A DNA stretch of 64,000 nucleotides from Candidatus Pacearchaeota archaeon (GCA_018303995.1 JAGVXB010000033.1:2486-66485), one strand, 5' to 3'. Shown: positions 1 through 9,269, counted from the first letter of the stretch. Notes: generated from the sequence alone by a model not told the origin. Translations and numbers: made by a program.

Positions 1-2489
1 ACAAAAAAAGCAGCCTCATTATCCGGAAGGTCAGGCGAATCAACCATCTTAGCAACACGCGAGCCCTGTTTTCCACGTCGTAAATATATGCGCACTTTAG
101 CAGCATGTCCAACAATATGTCCTCCGACATGTGTCGTCGGATCACCAAACATCATAGCAGGATTGGCCATTACCTGATTTGTAACGTAAACTGCAAAACC
201 ACGTTGTTCAGCCAGTCTAGTTAAAGTATGTAAATATTTATTCAATTTCTGCTGTCTATCTGCAAGTTGCCCTCGACCAGTAAACTCAGCTCTAAAATGA
301 GCAGTCAACGAATCAACAATTAAAAGTTTTATCGGCTCTCCATCTTTTATAAGCTCTGCAACTTTATCAAGTAATAAAATCTGATGGTCTGCATTAAATG
401 CGCGAGCAACCATTATATTCTTCAACACCTTATCGGCAGAAGCACCTAATCCTTCTGCAATTTGCTTTATTCTTTGAGGAGAAAAAGTTCCTTCAGTGTC
501 TATAAAAACAGCTTTTCCATTTACTCCGCCTTGTTCGACGGGCAATTGTGCATTTACAGCGAGGGCAAAACCAAGCTGTGAATTATGCATCATAGTAGGC
601 ATATTTCCTCCAACAAAAGAATGTCCTTCTGGAACAACAAAATCATAAACAAAATCATCGTAATCAACAAAATCAATCGATTCAATCACATCCCAACTAA
701 AAAGTTGTATTTCAGAAATTAATTCTAAAGCTAAACAAATATTATCTATTCTTGTCTTCAATTCATTAATAATCAAATTCTTTAAAAGTTGAATCTTATT
801 TTGAGGGATATCTCTCGAATAATAATTTTGCATTGTCTTTTTCTTTACACCCAAGTTATTGGATAAGCTATTAAAAGCAAATGGAAATTTAGGATAGATT
901 TTCTTTAATAATTCAATAGAAAATTCTTCATATTCTAAAATATTAATCATACGAATAAATTCTTCTTTTTGTTCCATAAAAATATTTTCTATTCCTATTA
1001 AAGTTTTTTCATTAATAACATCTGCTTTTGAACTATTAACAAGATTCTTATAAGCAGTTTCAGAGTTATTTCTTTTTCCAACCATTTTTCTTAAACTTCC
1101 TCGATTACCTCCAAGGCTCTCTCTATAAAGTTGAGAAATAAAAGAAACAATCCTTCTAGGATAACCATAAACACTATTTTTGACATTACAATCAAATTTT
1201 TTCAATTTCATTTTTATATCTCTAAGTTTTATCCTATCTTCCCCACAAATTCTTACAACTTTAAATTTCTCATTTTTAATTCCAGCAGTTCTATCCCTAA
1301 CAGAAGAACTGATTCCTAACCTTAATAAAAGATAAGTCAATTGAGTGGCTAGTTTATTACTTTTAGTAGTAGCAGAAATATCATAATCTGAAACTTCTGC
1401 ATCTCCATCAAAATATCCTCCTAAAAAGGAAGAAACAACCCCTTTATTAGAAAGAAATATTCCTTCAGGGACAAACTTAGTGGAAGAATTAGACCTATCC
1501 AATCCATCCATTATTACTCGAGTATTATTTCTGAATAAAATAATGTACGCAGGAAGCCTATTCTCGACCAATCTTTTCCTTACAGTAGGTACATAACCAA
1601 ATTTCTTAAAGATATAATCACAAACCCAATCCTTAATATTTTCTTCAGTTATAGTAATAGAAAATGGATTATGAGTTCCTTCTGCAACAAATAACCCAAG
1701 AAAATAAGCGTCATCTTCATCATAAACTTCCTCAGTAGTTAAATTAATTTCTCTAGGGCATGCAATTAAATCTCCTTTTTCAAGTAAATGAGTCTTCCTC
1801 CAGTTAACTCCATTATGAAAGCTTAATAACTGATGATTTCCAGTAATCTTCAAAACTCTTCCCCTCTTAGTTTTAACAATAAATATTTTCTTAATTTTTT
1901 CCCTATATAAATTACTAGCATCAACTACTTTCAAATTCCCATCTGCCCATGCTAAAACTTTTACTGTAGAAACAGGAATAACTAAACCCTCTTCAAATTG
2001 CTGTTCACCATTAAACATCTTATATTTATTATAAGTTTCTTCAATTGTTTCAACATGCATCCTAGTATCATTAAAATATGAAATCATTGTGTCTTTACTA
2101 ACACATTTGCCCGATCCGAAAGCACCATACGCTTCGGTCATCGCCCCGATCTCAACACCTCGTCCCCCAAGAAGAGCATCTAAATTCTTGCTTCCAGTAG
2201 TAATATATCCAATAGATTCCCTTTTTTTAGCAAATTCCGAACCATCCATGAATCCAAGTTTCATCATCGAACGTGCAGCCTGAATAGCCTTACGTGCAAC
2301 AGCTTCTCCAATTCCAGCAAGCTCAGAAAGTGCAGGCGGAGACATCACGGCAATGCCCATCAAATCATAAACTCCAGCAGCCTCAAGTTTAGAAGCAATT
2401 CCAGGACCTATTCCAGGAATATCAGTAACCTTAAGCTCTTCTCCAACTTCCTCTTTTCCCTCTTCTTTCTCGCCCTTTTCTTTAGCCAT
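1..2489 (-). CDS. radA: DNA repair/recombination protein RadA, interrupted by an intein; 3' end runs off the left window edge
   Basis: The ORF track omits it because there is no stop codon in the window. Reverse translation from ATG 2489-2487 gives MAKEKGEKEEGKEEVGEELKVTDIPGIGPGIASKLEAAGVYDL (HhH domain), then ...AYGAFGSGK (Walker A). The intein follows. The C-extein SQLGFALAVNAQLPVEQGGVNGKAVFIDTEGTF...LLIVDSLTAHFRAEF...VYVTNQV...GGHIVGHAAKVRIYLRRGKQGSRVAKMVDSPDLPDNEAAFF is colinear with archaeal RadA. Confidence 0.9.
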   Translation of the reverse strand, partial: MAKEKGEKEEGKEEVGEELKVTDIPGIGPGIASKLEAAGVYDLMGIAVMSPPALSELAGIGEAVARKAIQAARSMMKLGFMDGSEFAKKRESIGYITTGSKNLDALLGGRGVEIGAMTEAYGAFGSGKCVSKDTMISYFNDTRMHVETIEETYNKYKMFNGEQQFEEGLVIPVSTVKVLAWADGNLKVVDASNLYREKIKKIFIVKTKRGRVLKITGNHQLLSFHNGVNWRKTHLLEKGDLIACPREINLTTEEVYDEDDAYFLGLFVAEGTHNPFSITITEENIKDWVCDYIFKKFGYVPTVRKRLVENRLPAYIILFRNNTRVIMDGLDRSNSSTKFVPEGIFLSNKGVVSSFLGGYFDGDAEVSDYDISATTKSNKLATQLTYLLLRLGISSSVRDRTAGIKNEKFKVVRICGEDRIKLRDIKMKLKKFDCNVKNSVYGYPRRIVSFISQLYRESLGGNRGSLRKMVGKRNNSETAYKNLVNSSKADVINEKTLIGIENIFMEQKEEFIRMINILEYEEFSIELLKKIYPKFPFAFNSLSNNLGVKKKTMQNYYSRDIPQNKIQLLKNLIINELKTRIDNICLALELISEIQLFSWDVIESIDFVDYDDFVYDFVVPEGHSFVGGNMPTMMHNSQLGFALAVNAQLPVEQGGVNGKAVFIDTEGTFSPQRIKQIAEGLGASADKVLKNIMVARAFNADHQILLLDKVAELIKDGEPIKLLIVDSLTAHFRAEFTGRGQLADRQQKLNKYLHTLTRLAEQRGFAVYVTNQVMANPAMMFGDPTTHVGGHIVGHAAKVRIYLRRGKQGSRVAKMVDSPDLPDNEAAFF
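582..2105 (-). mobile_element. Intein (508 codons) in the RadA P-loop with a LAGLIDADG homing-endonuclease domain
   Basis: It is in frame (1524 nt). It starts with Cys (CVSKDTM...) directly after GSGK and ends ...VYDFVVPEGHSFVGGNMPTMMHN, followed by Ser. Block B is KITGNHQLL. The two LAGLIDADG-like motifs are DAYFLGLFVAEGT and SSFLGGYFDGDAEV. Confidence 0.85.
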
Positions 2490-2564
2490 AAATCAAATCA
2501 CCCTAAGCAGTATATAAAGATTTTAGCACTCAAGAATAAACATATAATAAATCTAATCACACAA

Positions 2565-3011
2565 TCAAAAAACAAACCAAAGCATAACCACATCAGCAAC
2601 TACAAAACAGTAAAACAAAATATTCTCGAATGCTCCCCCACTTCTAACGCTTCCTTTAGAAACATATCTCAATGGCCAGAAAGGCTTTATCCCTTCAACA
2701 GTCCATGAATCAACAATTAAATGAGTCCCGTAAGCTAAAAAGAATGGAAATGCAGTAATTGGAAAAAACCATGCAAGCAAAAATGTAATTATAAAACAAA
2801 AAGTAAAGCTATGAAATAACCCCCTCTTCCTCACACGAGTCGTTCCAGTAATTTTAATACCTCTAAAAGAAACAAATCTATCTATATTAGGTAACAAAGC
2901 AGCAACAATAAATACAATTACATAAGTCCAAACATGCACAACACGAGGTAAAAAAAACAACATAAAAAAAACTCCTATTGCGAGGTGAGTCTTATTTAAC
3001 ATACAAATCAA
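2565..3011 (-). CDS. Membrane-bound metal-dependent hydrolase-like protein (YdjM/DUF457 type)
   Basis: 148 aa and polytopic. The motifs THLAIG, LPNIDR, LFHSFTF and GTHLIVDSWTVEGIKPFWPL match my recollection of this family. Confidence 0.6.
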   Translation of the reverse strand: MICMLNKTHLAIGVFFMLFFLPRVVHVWTYVIVFIVAALLPNIDRFVSFRGIKITGTTRVRKRGLFHSFTFCFIITFLLAWFFPITAFPFFLAYGTHLIVDSWTVEGIKPFWPLRYVSKGSVRSGGAFENILFYCFVVADVVMLWFVF

Positions 3012-3182
3012 AGATAAATCTAAATTTTAAACCTATCTCTACGCTAAATCAAATCCCTAACGCTAGATAATTTATCATAAATTACTATGGCTACCAAAAC
3101 AACCACCTTGCCCACAACAAAACACACTCCATCACAACCTAACCCCAAAATTAAATAAATTAATATTATCAGTATTCCTATT

Positions 3183-4091
3183 CTAAACCTTGGCTTCAAG
3201 CTCTTTAACTAAATTCTCAACCACAAAATCCTCAATCCCTCTAACGGAAAACTCAAGGCTATTGCTAAATGAATTCATTCTAAAACTCCCCGTAAATACT
3301 TTCTCCTCTCCAATAAGTTCGGCACGCTTAGTATTCAGAACATCTAAAGAAAATAGCCCAGCATCATCAACGCCAAGTATTTTTTTAATATTCTCTCCAA
3401 ACAAAACAGAACGCATTGTAGCAGTTCCATCATCTAAAACCACATTAAGTAAAACCCCTTTCTCTCCTTCATTCTTTTTAGAATCAAAAAATCTAGGTTC
3501 AAAAGTCTGAACAACGAAAGCCCTAACCTTTACAGCCGCTCCTTCAACAGCTTCTCCAAAATTACCAGAAACCAAAGCGGCTGCCTCCTTAACAGAATCA
3601 AGCTTAGTATCACTTATTTTTATATCTGAAAACGCAGACAAATGCATCTCATCATTTTTAACACTCGCACCGCGAATCTCTATAACACTTCCCTGCATCA
3701 AAGTTCCGTTCTCAACAAGAGCAACATGATTAGAATCCCATAAAACAACTCTAACATTCGAAGTCTCATCTCCAAGCATAAAACTAGCAAATTTCCCACT
3801 ACGCCCGTTCTTAGAAAACTCCTTCACAGGATAAAGCCGAGTAATCTTCCCAACAACATTAGCTCTTCTAAGTCCATTAGACAACTCCTTAATTTTAACA
3901 ACCTCATTTTCAAAACTAATTCCAAGTTCAGCAGCTACAATCTGCGCAGCTCCCTCTCGTGAAATCAATCCAGACAACTTAGACTTTTTAGCCTCAACCT
4001 TCCCTTCAATTTCAGAAGAAGGCAATCCAGAGTACCGAGCAATTTTCTCAACAAGAGTAGAATAATTATCCATTAGAACACAACAAAACAC
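3183..4091 (-). CDS. Replication protein A-like ssDNA-binding protein (OB folds)
   Basis: The helical N-terminus is followed by OB-fold-like segments (ANVVGKITRLYPVKEF...GKFASFMLGDETSNVRVVLWD...GSVIEIRGASVKN). The likely true start is MDNYSTL at 4073. Confidence 0.65.
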   Translation of the reverse strand: MFCCVLMDNYSTLVEKIARYSGLPSSEIEGKVEAKKSKLSGLISREGAAQIVAAELGISFENEVVKIKELSNGLRRANVVGKITRLYPVKEFSKNGRSGKFASFMLGDETSNVRVVLWDSNHVALVENGTLMQGSVIEIRGASVKNDEMHLSAFSDIKISDTKLDSVKEAAALVSGNFGEAVEGAAVKVRAFVVQTFEPRFFDSKKNEGEKGVLLNVVLDDGTATMRSVLFGENIKKILGVDDAGLFSLDVLNTKRAELIGEEKVFTGSFRMNSFSNSLEFSVRGIEDFVVENLVKELEAKV

Positions 4092-4143
4092 AGGTTTAAA
4101 AGAATACCGCTAATCAAGAATAAGAATCAATATTTAGAATAAA

Positions 4144-4446
4144 TTATTCACAAGGAATATTCCAAGGAGAACTTGGTGCATTAGAAGAAACAGCACATGT
4201 TTCTTTAGAACATATTTTATTAGTATTGGTATTTGAACAATTACTCACTCCAGTTACCAAAGCTCTTTCCTTTTCTCCATTATTTCTTGTAAAAGTAAAA
4301 TATTCTCCAACAGTTGCAGGACAAGTACAGACTTTCTGAGGAGCCAAATCAACCTGTTCAGAAACCTTAAAATCATAATAAATACCAAATACGGCAACAA
4401 GAATAATAACTAATAAAATAATAGAATCCAAATCAACTCTTTTCAT
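4144..4446 (-). CDS. Small N-terminally anchored or secreted Cys-rich protein
   Basis: MKRVDLDSIILLVIILVAVFGIYY is a hydrophobic anchor. The ectodomain has 7 Cys. Confidence 0.4.
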   Translation of the reverse strand: MKRVDLDSIILLVIILVAVFGIYYDFKVSEQVDLAPQKVCTCPATVGEYFTFTRNNGEKERALVTGVSNCSNTNTNKICSKETCAVSSNAPSSPWNIPCE

Positions 4447-4538
4447 ACAAACGTAAAGAAAAAGATATTTATATATCTTTTGAAAAAGTCAAAAATCTCA
4501 AAACAAACCTTTAAAAAACTCCTTTCACAGAAAAAACC

Positions 4539-4814
4539 ATGGCAAGCACAATAATCGTAATGATCAAGATAATGCCTGAATCTGTAAGCACTAATCTTAA
4601 ACAGATAGAAGAACAAGTAAAAATTAAAATGGAACGTGAAGGTGGAAGAAGCATCACATTCGAAGAAAAAGAAATAGCCTTCGGATTAAAATCAATAACT
4701 CTAAAGATGGCATTTCCAGAAGAAAAAGGTACAGACCTAATAGAAAAACTAATTCATGAAGTCCCTGAAATATCTTCAGTAACAATAGAAGACTACCGAA
4801 GAGCCTTCGGATAA
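4539..4814 (+). CDS. Translation elongation factor aEF-1 beta
   Basis: 91 aa. The pattern IVMIKIMPESV...EEKEIAFGLKSITLKMAFPEEKG...VTIEDYRRAFG is typical of aEF-1beta in size and sequence. Confidence 0.85.
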   Translation: MASTIIVMIKIMPESVSTNLKQIEEQVKIKMEREGGRSITFEEKEIAFGLKSITLKMAFPEEKGTDLIEKLIHEVPEISSVTIEDYRRAFG

Positions 4815-4815
4815 A

Positions 4816-5049
4816 ATGAAAAGTAACAAAAAATTAATAGATTTCTTCTCTCCATCAGAAGACTTCTTTAAAATGATATTTGAAGATGAAAAAGGTAGAA
4901 AATATAAACCTTTAGAATTAACTAATCTAGGTAATAAAAGAATGTTATTTGTAGCATATCAAGATTCTAATGAAAATGGACACATCGAGCTAGAAAGAGC
5001 GCTAGAACATAATCATATAAGGGAGTATTCAAGATTAAGAATAGTCTAA
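4816..5049 (+). CDS. Hypothetical protein
   Basis: 77-aa ORF lying 1 nt after the EF-1beta stop and 1 nt before the next start, so it is tightly coupled to both. No motif recognised. Confidence 0.4.
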   Translation: MKSNKKLIDFFSPSEDFFKMIFEDEKGRKYKPLELTNLGNKRMLFVAYQDSNENGHIELERALEHNHIREYSRLRIV

Positions 5050-5050
5050 A

Positions 5051-5653
5051 ATGACATTAACAAAAGAACAAATTTCTGAATTAAAAAAGCAATTACACAG
5101 CCAGATAAGTAAAATGCCAGAAAACGAAAGAAAAGAAGCAGAAGCTCAAATAGAAAACCTATCCGACGAAGCAATAGAAAGCATGCTAGAACAACAAAAA
5201 GGCTCCCAAAAACAAATATTCAGAGAAATAATTTCAGGCAACATTCCAAGTAAAAAAGTAGATGAAAATCCGAGTGCAATAGCAGTTCTAGAAATAAAAC
5301 CCATATCAAAGGGACATACAATAATAATTCCAAAAGAAAAGATGACAAACATAGATAAAATTCCAACAGAAATCGCCATATTAATAGACAAAGTATCAAA
5401 AAATATCGTAGAAAAGTTAAAAGCCAAAAACATAAAAGTAGCCCCAGAATTAAAATTCGGAGAAGTCATAATAAACCTAATCCCGATTTATGATAAAGAA
5501 CTTTCATTAGAAAGCGAAAGGTCAAATCCATCAGAAGAAGAACTAGAGAGTTTAGAAAAAGAGTTAAAAAAAGAGAAAAAACAAGAAATTAAGCAAGAAG
5601 AACCAGTAAAAGAAAAAGAGCCAATCAAAAAATTCCCAAAAAGAATACCTTAA
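5051..5653 (+). CDS. HIT-fold-like protein lacking the histidine triad, with coiled-coil N-terminus and KE-rich tail
   Basis: The core IFREIISGNIPSKKVDENPSAIAVLEIKPISKGHTIIIPKE resembles the HIT family. Where HxHxHxx is expected the sequence reads GEVIINLIPIY. Confidence 0.5.
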   Translation: MTLTKEQISELKKQLHSQISKMPENERKEAEAQIENLSDEAIESMLEQQKGSQKQIFREIISGNIPSKKVDENPSAIAVLEIKPISKGHTIIIPKEKMTNIDKIPTEIAILIDKVSKNIVEKLKAKNIKVAPELKFGEVIINLIPIYDKELSLESERSNPSEEELESLEKELKKEKKQEIKQEEPVKEKEPIKKFPKRIP

Positions 5654-6513
5654 AACACAGCCATATAAAAAAAGAAAAGCAAAGCCAATAAAAACGAAGG
5701 TGCAAATGGAATCCCATTCTTAATCAAAACCTTCTTCCCATGACGTCTAAGAAGTAAAATCTGTTCATAAGTCAGTCCAGCAAAATTCTTTCTTATTGTC
5801 TTCCCATTAACAACAACATCCTGTTCAATCCAATCTCCTTCAGTAAGCTCGCCAGGAGAAACAAGTTTAATCATACAAGATTTCTCAACCGCCTTAACAT
5901 AAACAAATAAAAACGGCATCAAAAAAATAGAAATAGAAAACGCAAAACTACTATAAAATCCGGCAAAAGGAAAAAACAGATAAAATAAAATAGCAAGTAA
6001 AAGAGATAAAATAAAATAAACCTTAATCTTATTAAAATGTTCAAAAAATGACTTCCTAAATGACGAATAATTCCGCCCAACCAAGAAAAGACTGTAAATC
6101 AAAGTGTAAACCACCCCAAAAGCAAACAAAAGTAAAACAAACCCCAATCCATAATAAATATAATCATAAAACGAGTAATAAGGAAATATTCCCCCTATTC
6201 CGAAAAGAAGCTTAGCATCTCCCCCAGCAAATACTTTAGAATAATAAAACAAATAACCCAAACCAGTAAATAGAACAATTCCAATTAAACCGTAAACAAA
6301 AAACATCAAATCATCAGAATATATCGAATAAAAAGCCCTATAAGCAAGAACAAAACCAATAAGAGAAAATGTAACCCAATTAGCAATTTCCCTAGTCCTC
6401 AAGTCTTGAACAACTGCAAAAAACACGGCAAAGAAAGCCAAAAAATACATAAACAAATATTCACTCATAACAATACTAAAAAGAGTATCTTTATAGACAT
6501 TCCTGTCATCCAC
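5650..6513 (-). CDS. Type IV prepilin/preflagellin peptidase (A24 family, FlaK/PibD/EppA-like)
   Basis: Polytopic, 287 aa. The two Asp motifs are AVVQDLRTREI and FAGGDAKLLFGIG. Confidence 0.75.
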   Translation of the reverse strand: MDDRNVYKDTLFSIVMSEYLFMYFLAFFAVFFAVVQDLRTREIANWVTFSLIGFVLAYRAFYSIYSDDLMFFVYGLIGIVLFTGLGYLFYYSKVFAGGDAKLLFGIGGIFPYYSFYDYIYYGLGFVLLLFAFGVVYTLIYSLFLVGRNYSSFRKSFFEHFNKIKVYFILSLLLAILFYLFFPFAGFYSSFAFSISIFLMPFLFVYVKAVEKSCMIKLVSPGELTEGDWIEQDVVVNGKTIRKNFAGLTYEQILLLRRHGKKVLIKNGIPFAPSFLLALLFFFYMAVF

Positions 6514-6543
6514 GTCGCAATATCCTCAGGAATGTCTATTAGA

Positions 6544-6569
6544 TAATCCTGAAAAATTCATCAGGATTA
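6544..6569. repeat. 9-bp perfect inverted repeat (TAATCCTGA / TCAGGATTA, 8-nt spacer) in a divergent intergenic region
   Basis: Read directly from the sequence. It lies between the peptidase gene (-) and the AI-2E gene (+). Confidence 0.5.
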
Positions 6570-6600
6570 GCTTTATTAATATTAGTTATCACATAATAAA

Positions 6601-7578
6601 ATGAGAAAAGAAGAGATACATCGCTACTTGCCAATAATTATCTTATTGGTATTAGTAACTATCTCTATATTTATAATAAAATCTTACATCGTAGCATTGA
6701 TAGGTGCATTCATTCTCGCATACATTTTATACCCAATTCATAAAAAACTAGAAAAAAAGATTCCAAGCTCACTTTCAGCATTAATAACTCTAATTGGAGC
6801 CATAGCAATAATATTGCTTCCAATTATCTTAGTAATAAAAGAAATAGTGCAACAAATATCTCTAGCAATCCAAAGCGGAGCAATATCTGAACTAGTGACA
6901 AAAATAGAGTCTTTAGAAATAATAAAAAAATACGGACTCAATTTAACAGACTTAACAAATAAATTTGCAGATGTAGGTATAAAAACTCTATCAGAAATAA
7001 CAATTTCAGTAGCCTCATCTATAGTCTCCATACTCATAATGGGTTTCACTATTTACTATTTACTCTTAAACTGGCCAATAATGAAAACTAAAATAAAAAA
7101 ATATATTCCTCTTAGTAACAAAGACAAATTAGTATCTGACATGGCATCCACAACTAAAAAAATAGTTCACGGCACGTTAATAATTGCAATAATAGAATCA
7201 ATAATTGCAGGAATAGGCTTCAAATTAGCTGGAATAGATTTCTATCTAATCCTAGCAACTTTAATAGGACTATTCGCATTCATTCCAGGAGGTCCAGGAA
7301 TAGTCTGGATACCCGCACTAATCATTAAAGCTCTTCAAGGAAATTATTTCCAAGCAGGAATAATATTAGCATTCGGCCTATTTATCTCATTATATCTAGA
7401 TGTAATATTAAGAACGAGAATTGCAGGAAAAGATTCAAGAGTTCATCCAGTAATAGTCCTTCTAGGAATATTAGGAGGAACCCCAATAATGGGAATAGCA
7501 GGAATAGTAGTAGGCCCACTTATACTAAGCTACACCTTAGAAATCCTAGAAGAAGTTTTGAGTGAACACCAAAACTAG
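6601..7578 (+). CDS. AI-2E family transporter (PerM/UPF0118)
   Basis: 325 aa with about 8 TM segments. The C-terminal half (GTLIIAIIESIIAGIGF...IPGGPGIVWIP...) is typical of the family. Confidence 0.75.
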   Translation: MRKEEIHRYLPIIILLVLVTISIFIIKSYIVALIGAFILAYILYPIHKKLEKKIPSSLSALITLIGAIAIILLPIILVIKEIVQQISLAIQSGAISELVTKIESLEIIKKYGLNLTDLTNKFADVGIKTLSEITISVASSIVSILIMGFTIYYLLLNWPIMKTKIKKYIPLSNKDKLVSDMASTTKKIVHGTLIIAIIESIIAGIGFKLAGIDFYLILATLIGLFAFIPGGPGIVWIPALIIKALQGNYFQAGIILAFGLFISLYLDVILRTRIAGKDSRVHPVIVLLGILGGTPIMGIAGIVVGPLILSYTLEILEEVLSEHQN

Positions 7579-7721
7579 CAAGCAGAACCATCAGCATTAT
7601 TCTTAATTTCCCTTGTCCTAAACTGCCCGCCTCTCTTATACTTATTATGCCCTCTCTGTTTCTTCTTATCATTCTTACTCTTGCGCTTACCACCAAAATA
7701 ACCATACGAATCGTCAGACAT
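7575..7721 (-). CDS. Candidate small, very basic protein (48 aa), not in the ORF track
   Basis: The sequence is MSDDSYGYFGGKRKSKNDKKKQRGHNKYKRGGQFRTREIKNNADGSAC. A TTTTATAT box lies about 20 nt upstream of the ATG, which is leaderless-promoter geometry. Its stop overlaps the convergent AI-2E stop (CTAG). Confidence 0.3.
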   Translation of the reverse strand: MSDDSYGYFGGKRKSKNDKKKQRGHNKYKRGGQFRTREIKNNADGSAC

Positions 7722-7818
7722 AAAGAAACAAAAGAAAAGAGATATAAAAAACATACCAAAAAGCTTAAATAGTGAATTTCTTTTAAATTAGTAAATAAAC
7801 TACTAAAATCAAAGAAAA

Positions 7819-8523
7819 ATGCAATTAAGCAAAAAAGAAAACAATGTATATGAAGAATTAAAAAAATTAAACTTAGAAGTCTTTACAATAAAGGACTTGA
7901 AATTAATCTTTAAGTTAGATTCAATCAAAGCATATAATATAATCAAAGCCCTTAAACGAAAAGGAGCAATCAAAAAAGAAAAAAGTATCTTTACCCTTAA
8001 AGGCACAGACCAATTCACAGTTGGAACATCTGCTCACTATCCATCTTACATCTCTCTATGGAGCGCATTAAACTATTATGGATGGAGCGATCAGACTCCT
8101 AAGAAAATTTTAATAATATCAACAAAATATGCAAAAGAAACCCGACAGTTCAAATATATAACTCTTAAAAACAAGAGATTTTTCGGTTATAATAAAATTG
8201 GAAATATAATAATTGCAGAAAAAGAAAAAGCAATAATAGATTCCATACTTTTTCCTAAATACGCTGGAGGAATAAAAGAAATATGCTCTTGTCTCAAAGA
8301 AGCATTTAACGAACTAAATAAAGAAAAATTGATAGATTATGCTCTAAAAATAGATAGTAAGGCTGTAATAAGAAGACTTGGTTTCCTATTAGAAACAAAT
8401 AATTATAAAAAAACAGCTGAATTAAAGAAAAATCTTGGTAAAGGCTATGAAAAACTTGACCCCTCATTAAAAAAGAAGAATAAACTAAATAAAGACTGGC
8501 TACTTGACATTAACACATCATGA
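7819..8523 (+). CDS. AbiEi-like antitoxin / transcriptional regulator (COG5340-type)
   Basis: 234 aa with an N-terminal wHTH (FTIKDLKLIF...AYNIIKALKRKGAIKKE). It overlaps the downstream AbiEii-like gene by 4 nt (ATGA). Confidence 0.65.
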   Translation: MQLSKKENNVYEELKKLNLEVFTIKDLKLIFKLDSIKAYNIIKALKRKGAIKKEKSIFTLKGTDQFTVGTSAHYPSYISLWSALNYYGWSDQTPKKILIISTKYAKETRQFKYITLKNKRFFGYNKIGNIIIAEKEKAIIDSILFPKYAGGIKEICSCLKEAFNELNKEKLIDYALKIDSKAVIRRLGFLLETNNYKKTAELKKNLGKGYEKLDPSLKKKNKLNKDWLLDINTS

Positions 8524-9266
8524 TAACAAGAGAAGAACTATCTGAAGCAAGTGAAAAAAGAAAAATCGGTTTATACTATGCTGAAAAAGAATATCTTCAG
8601 TATATTTTTCTCAACGCAATATCAAAATACTCAGACAAATTCTCATTTAAAGGAGGGACCTGTTTGAGAATTTGTTATGGTTTAGACAGAGCATCAGAAG
8701 ACCTTGACTTTAGCTCAACAACAAACATAAAAGAAACAAAAGAAATAGTAAATAAATGTTCAAAAGAATTTGAACACCTAAATATTAATCATCAAAAAAT
8801 AATAGAAAAAGAGCACAAAGACAATATTAGATTTGAGATTAGATTTGAAGGCCCTTTATTTTCAGGAAATCCCTCATCTACAAATACGCTGAAAATAGAC
8901 TTTAATAAACAAAAAACAATATATAAAACCGCAAAAGTAATTCAAAAAGTTTTCTCTGATGTTCCTATGTTTGTTATAATGGCGACAGATGAAAAAGAGA
9001 TTTTAGCTGAAAAAATAAGGACTCTTGCAAACAGAAAACAATCACGAGACCTCTACGATATTTGGATGCTAATCAGCAAAGGAGTAACTGCCGATAAAAA
9101 ACTTATAAATCAGAAATTAAAAGAAGAGAACAGTAACATCAAAAATATCACAATACCATCAAAAGAAGAATATGAATTAGATTTAAAGAACTTAGTCACA
9201 ACACTCCCGCCATATGAACAGGTAAAAACGGAAGTAATGAAGTTTATAGAATCTTTAAAATTATAA
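8520..9266 (+). CDS. AbiEii/AbiGii-family nucleotidyltransferase toxin (DUF1814)
   Basis: It carries the signature FKGGTCLRICYGLDRASEDLDFS, and later RDLYDIW. Confidence 0.8.
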   Translation: MITREELSEASEKRKIGLYYAEKEYLQYIFLNAISKYSDKFSFKGGTCLRICYGLDRASEDLDFSSTTNIKETKEIVNKCSKEFEHLNINHQKIIEKEHKDNIRFEIRFEGPLFSGNPSSTNTLKIDFNKQKTIYKTAKVIQKVFSDVPMFVIMATDEKEILAEKIRTLANRKQSRDLYDIWMLISKGVTADKKLINQKLKEENSNIKNITIPSKEEYELDLKNLVTTLPPYEQVKTEVMKFIESLKL

Positions 9267-9269
9267 TCG

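Noticed and set aside
3190-3510. This and the many other antisense track ORFs inside longer genes (for example 5146-5469, 6738-7049, 10785-11132, 12001-12261, 13219-13416, 14734-15110, 17672-18412, 19834-20118, 21204-21458, 23671-23958, 26424-26851, 28196-28576, 34644-35460, 38557-40971, 41529-41852, 42350-42956, 44116-44313, 46426-46737, 50801-51096, 56058-56249, 57096-57305, 59870-60502, 62529-62717, 63162-63618).
   Set aside because: Each lies within, and antisense or out of frame to, a longer ORF with recognisable family motifs or coherent membrane topology. Their translations are low-complexity.
7520-7759. 79-aa track ORF (MVCFLYLFSF...).
   Set aside because: It has an implausible hydrophobic and Arg-rich composition and overlaps the AI-2E 3' end. 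A different frame gives a cleaner small basic ORF, reported separately at low confidence.
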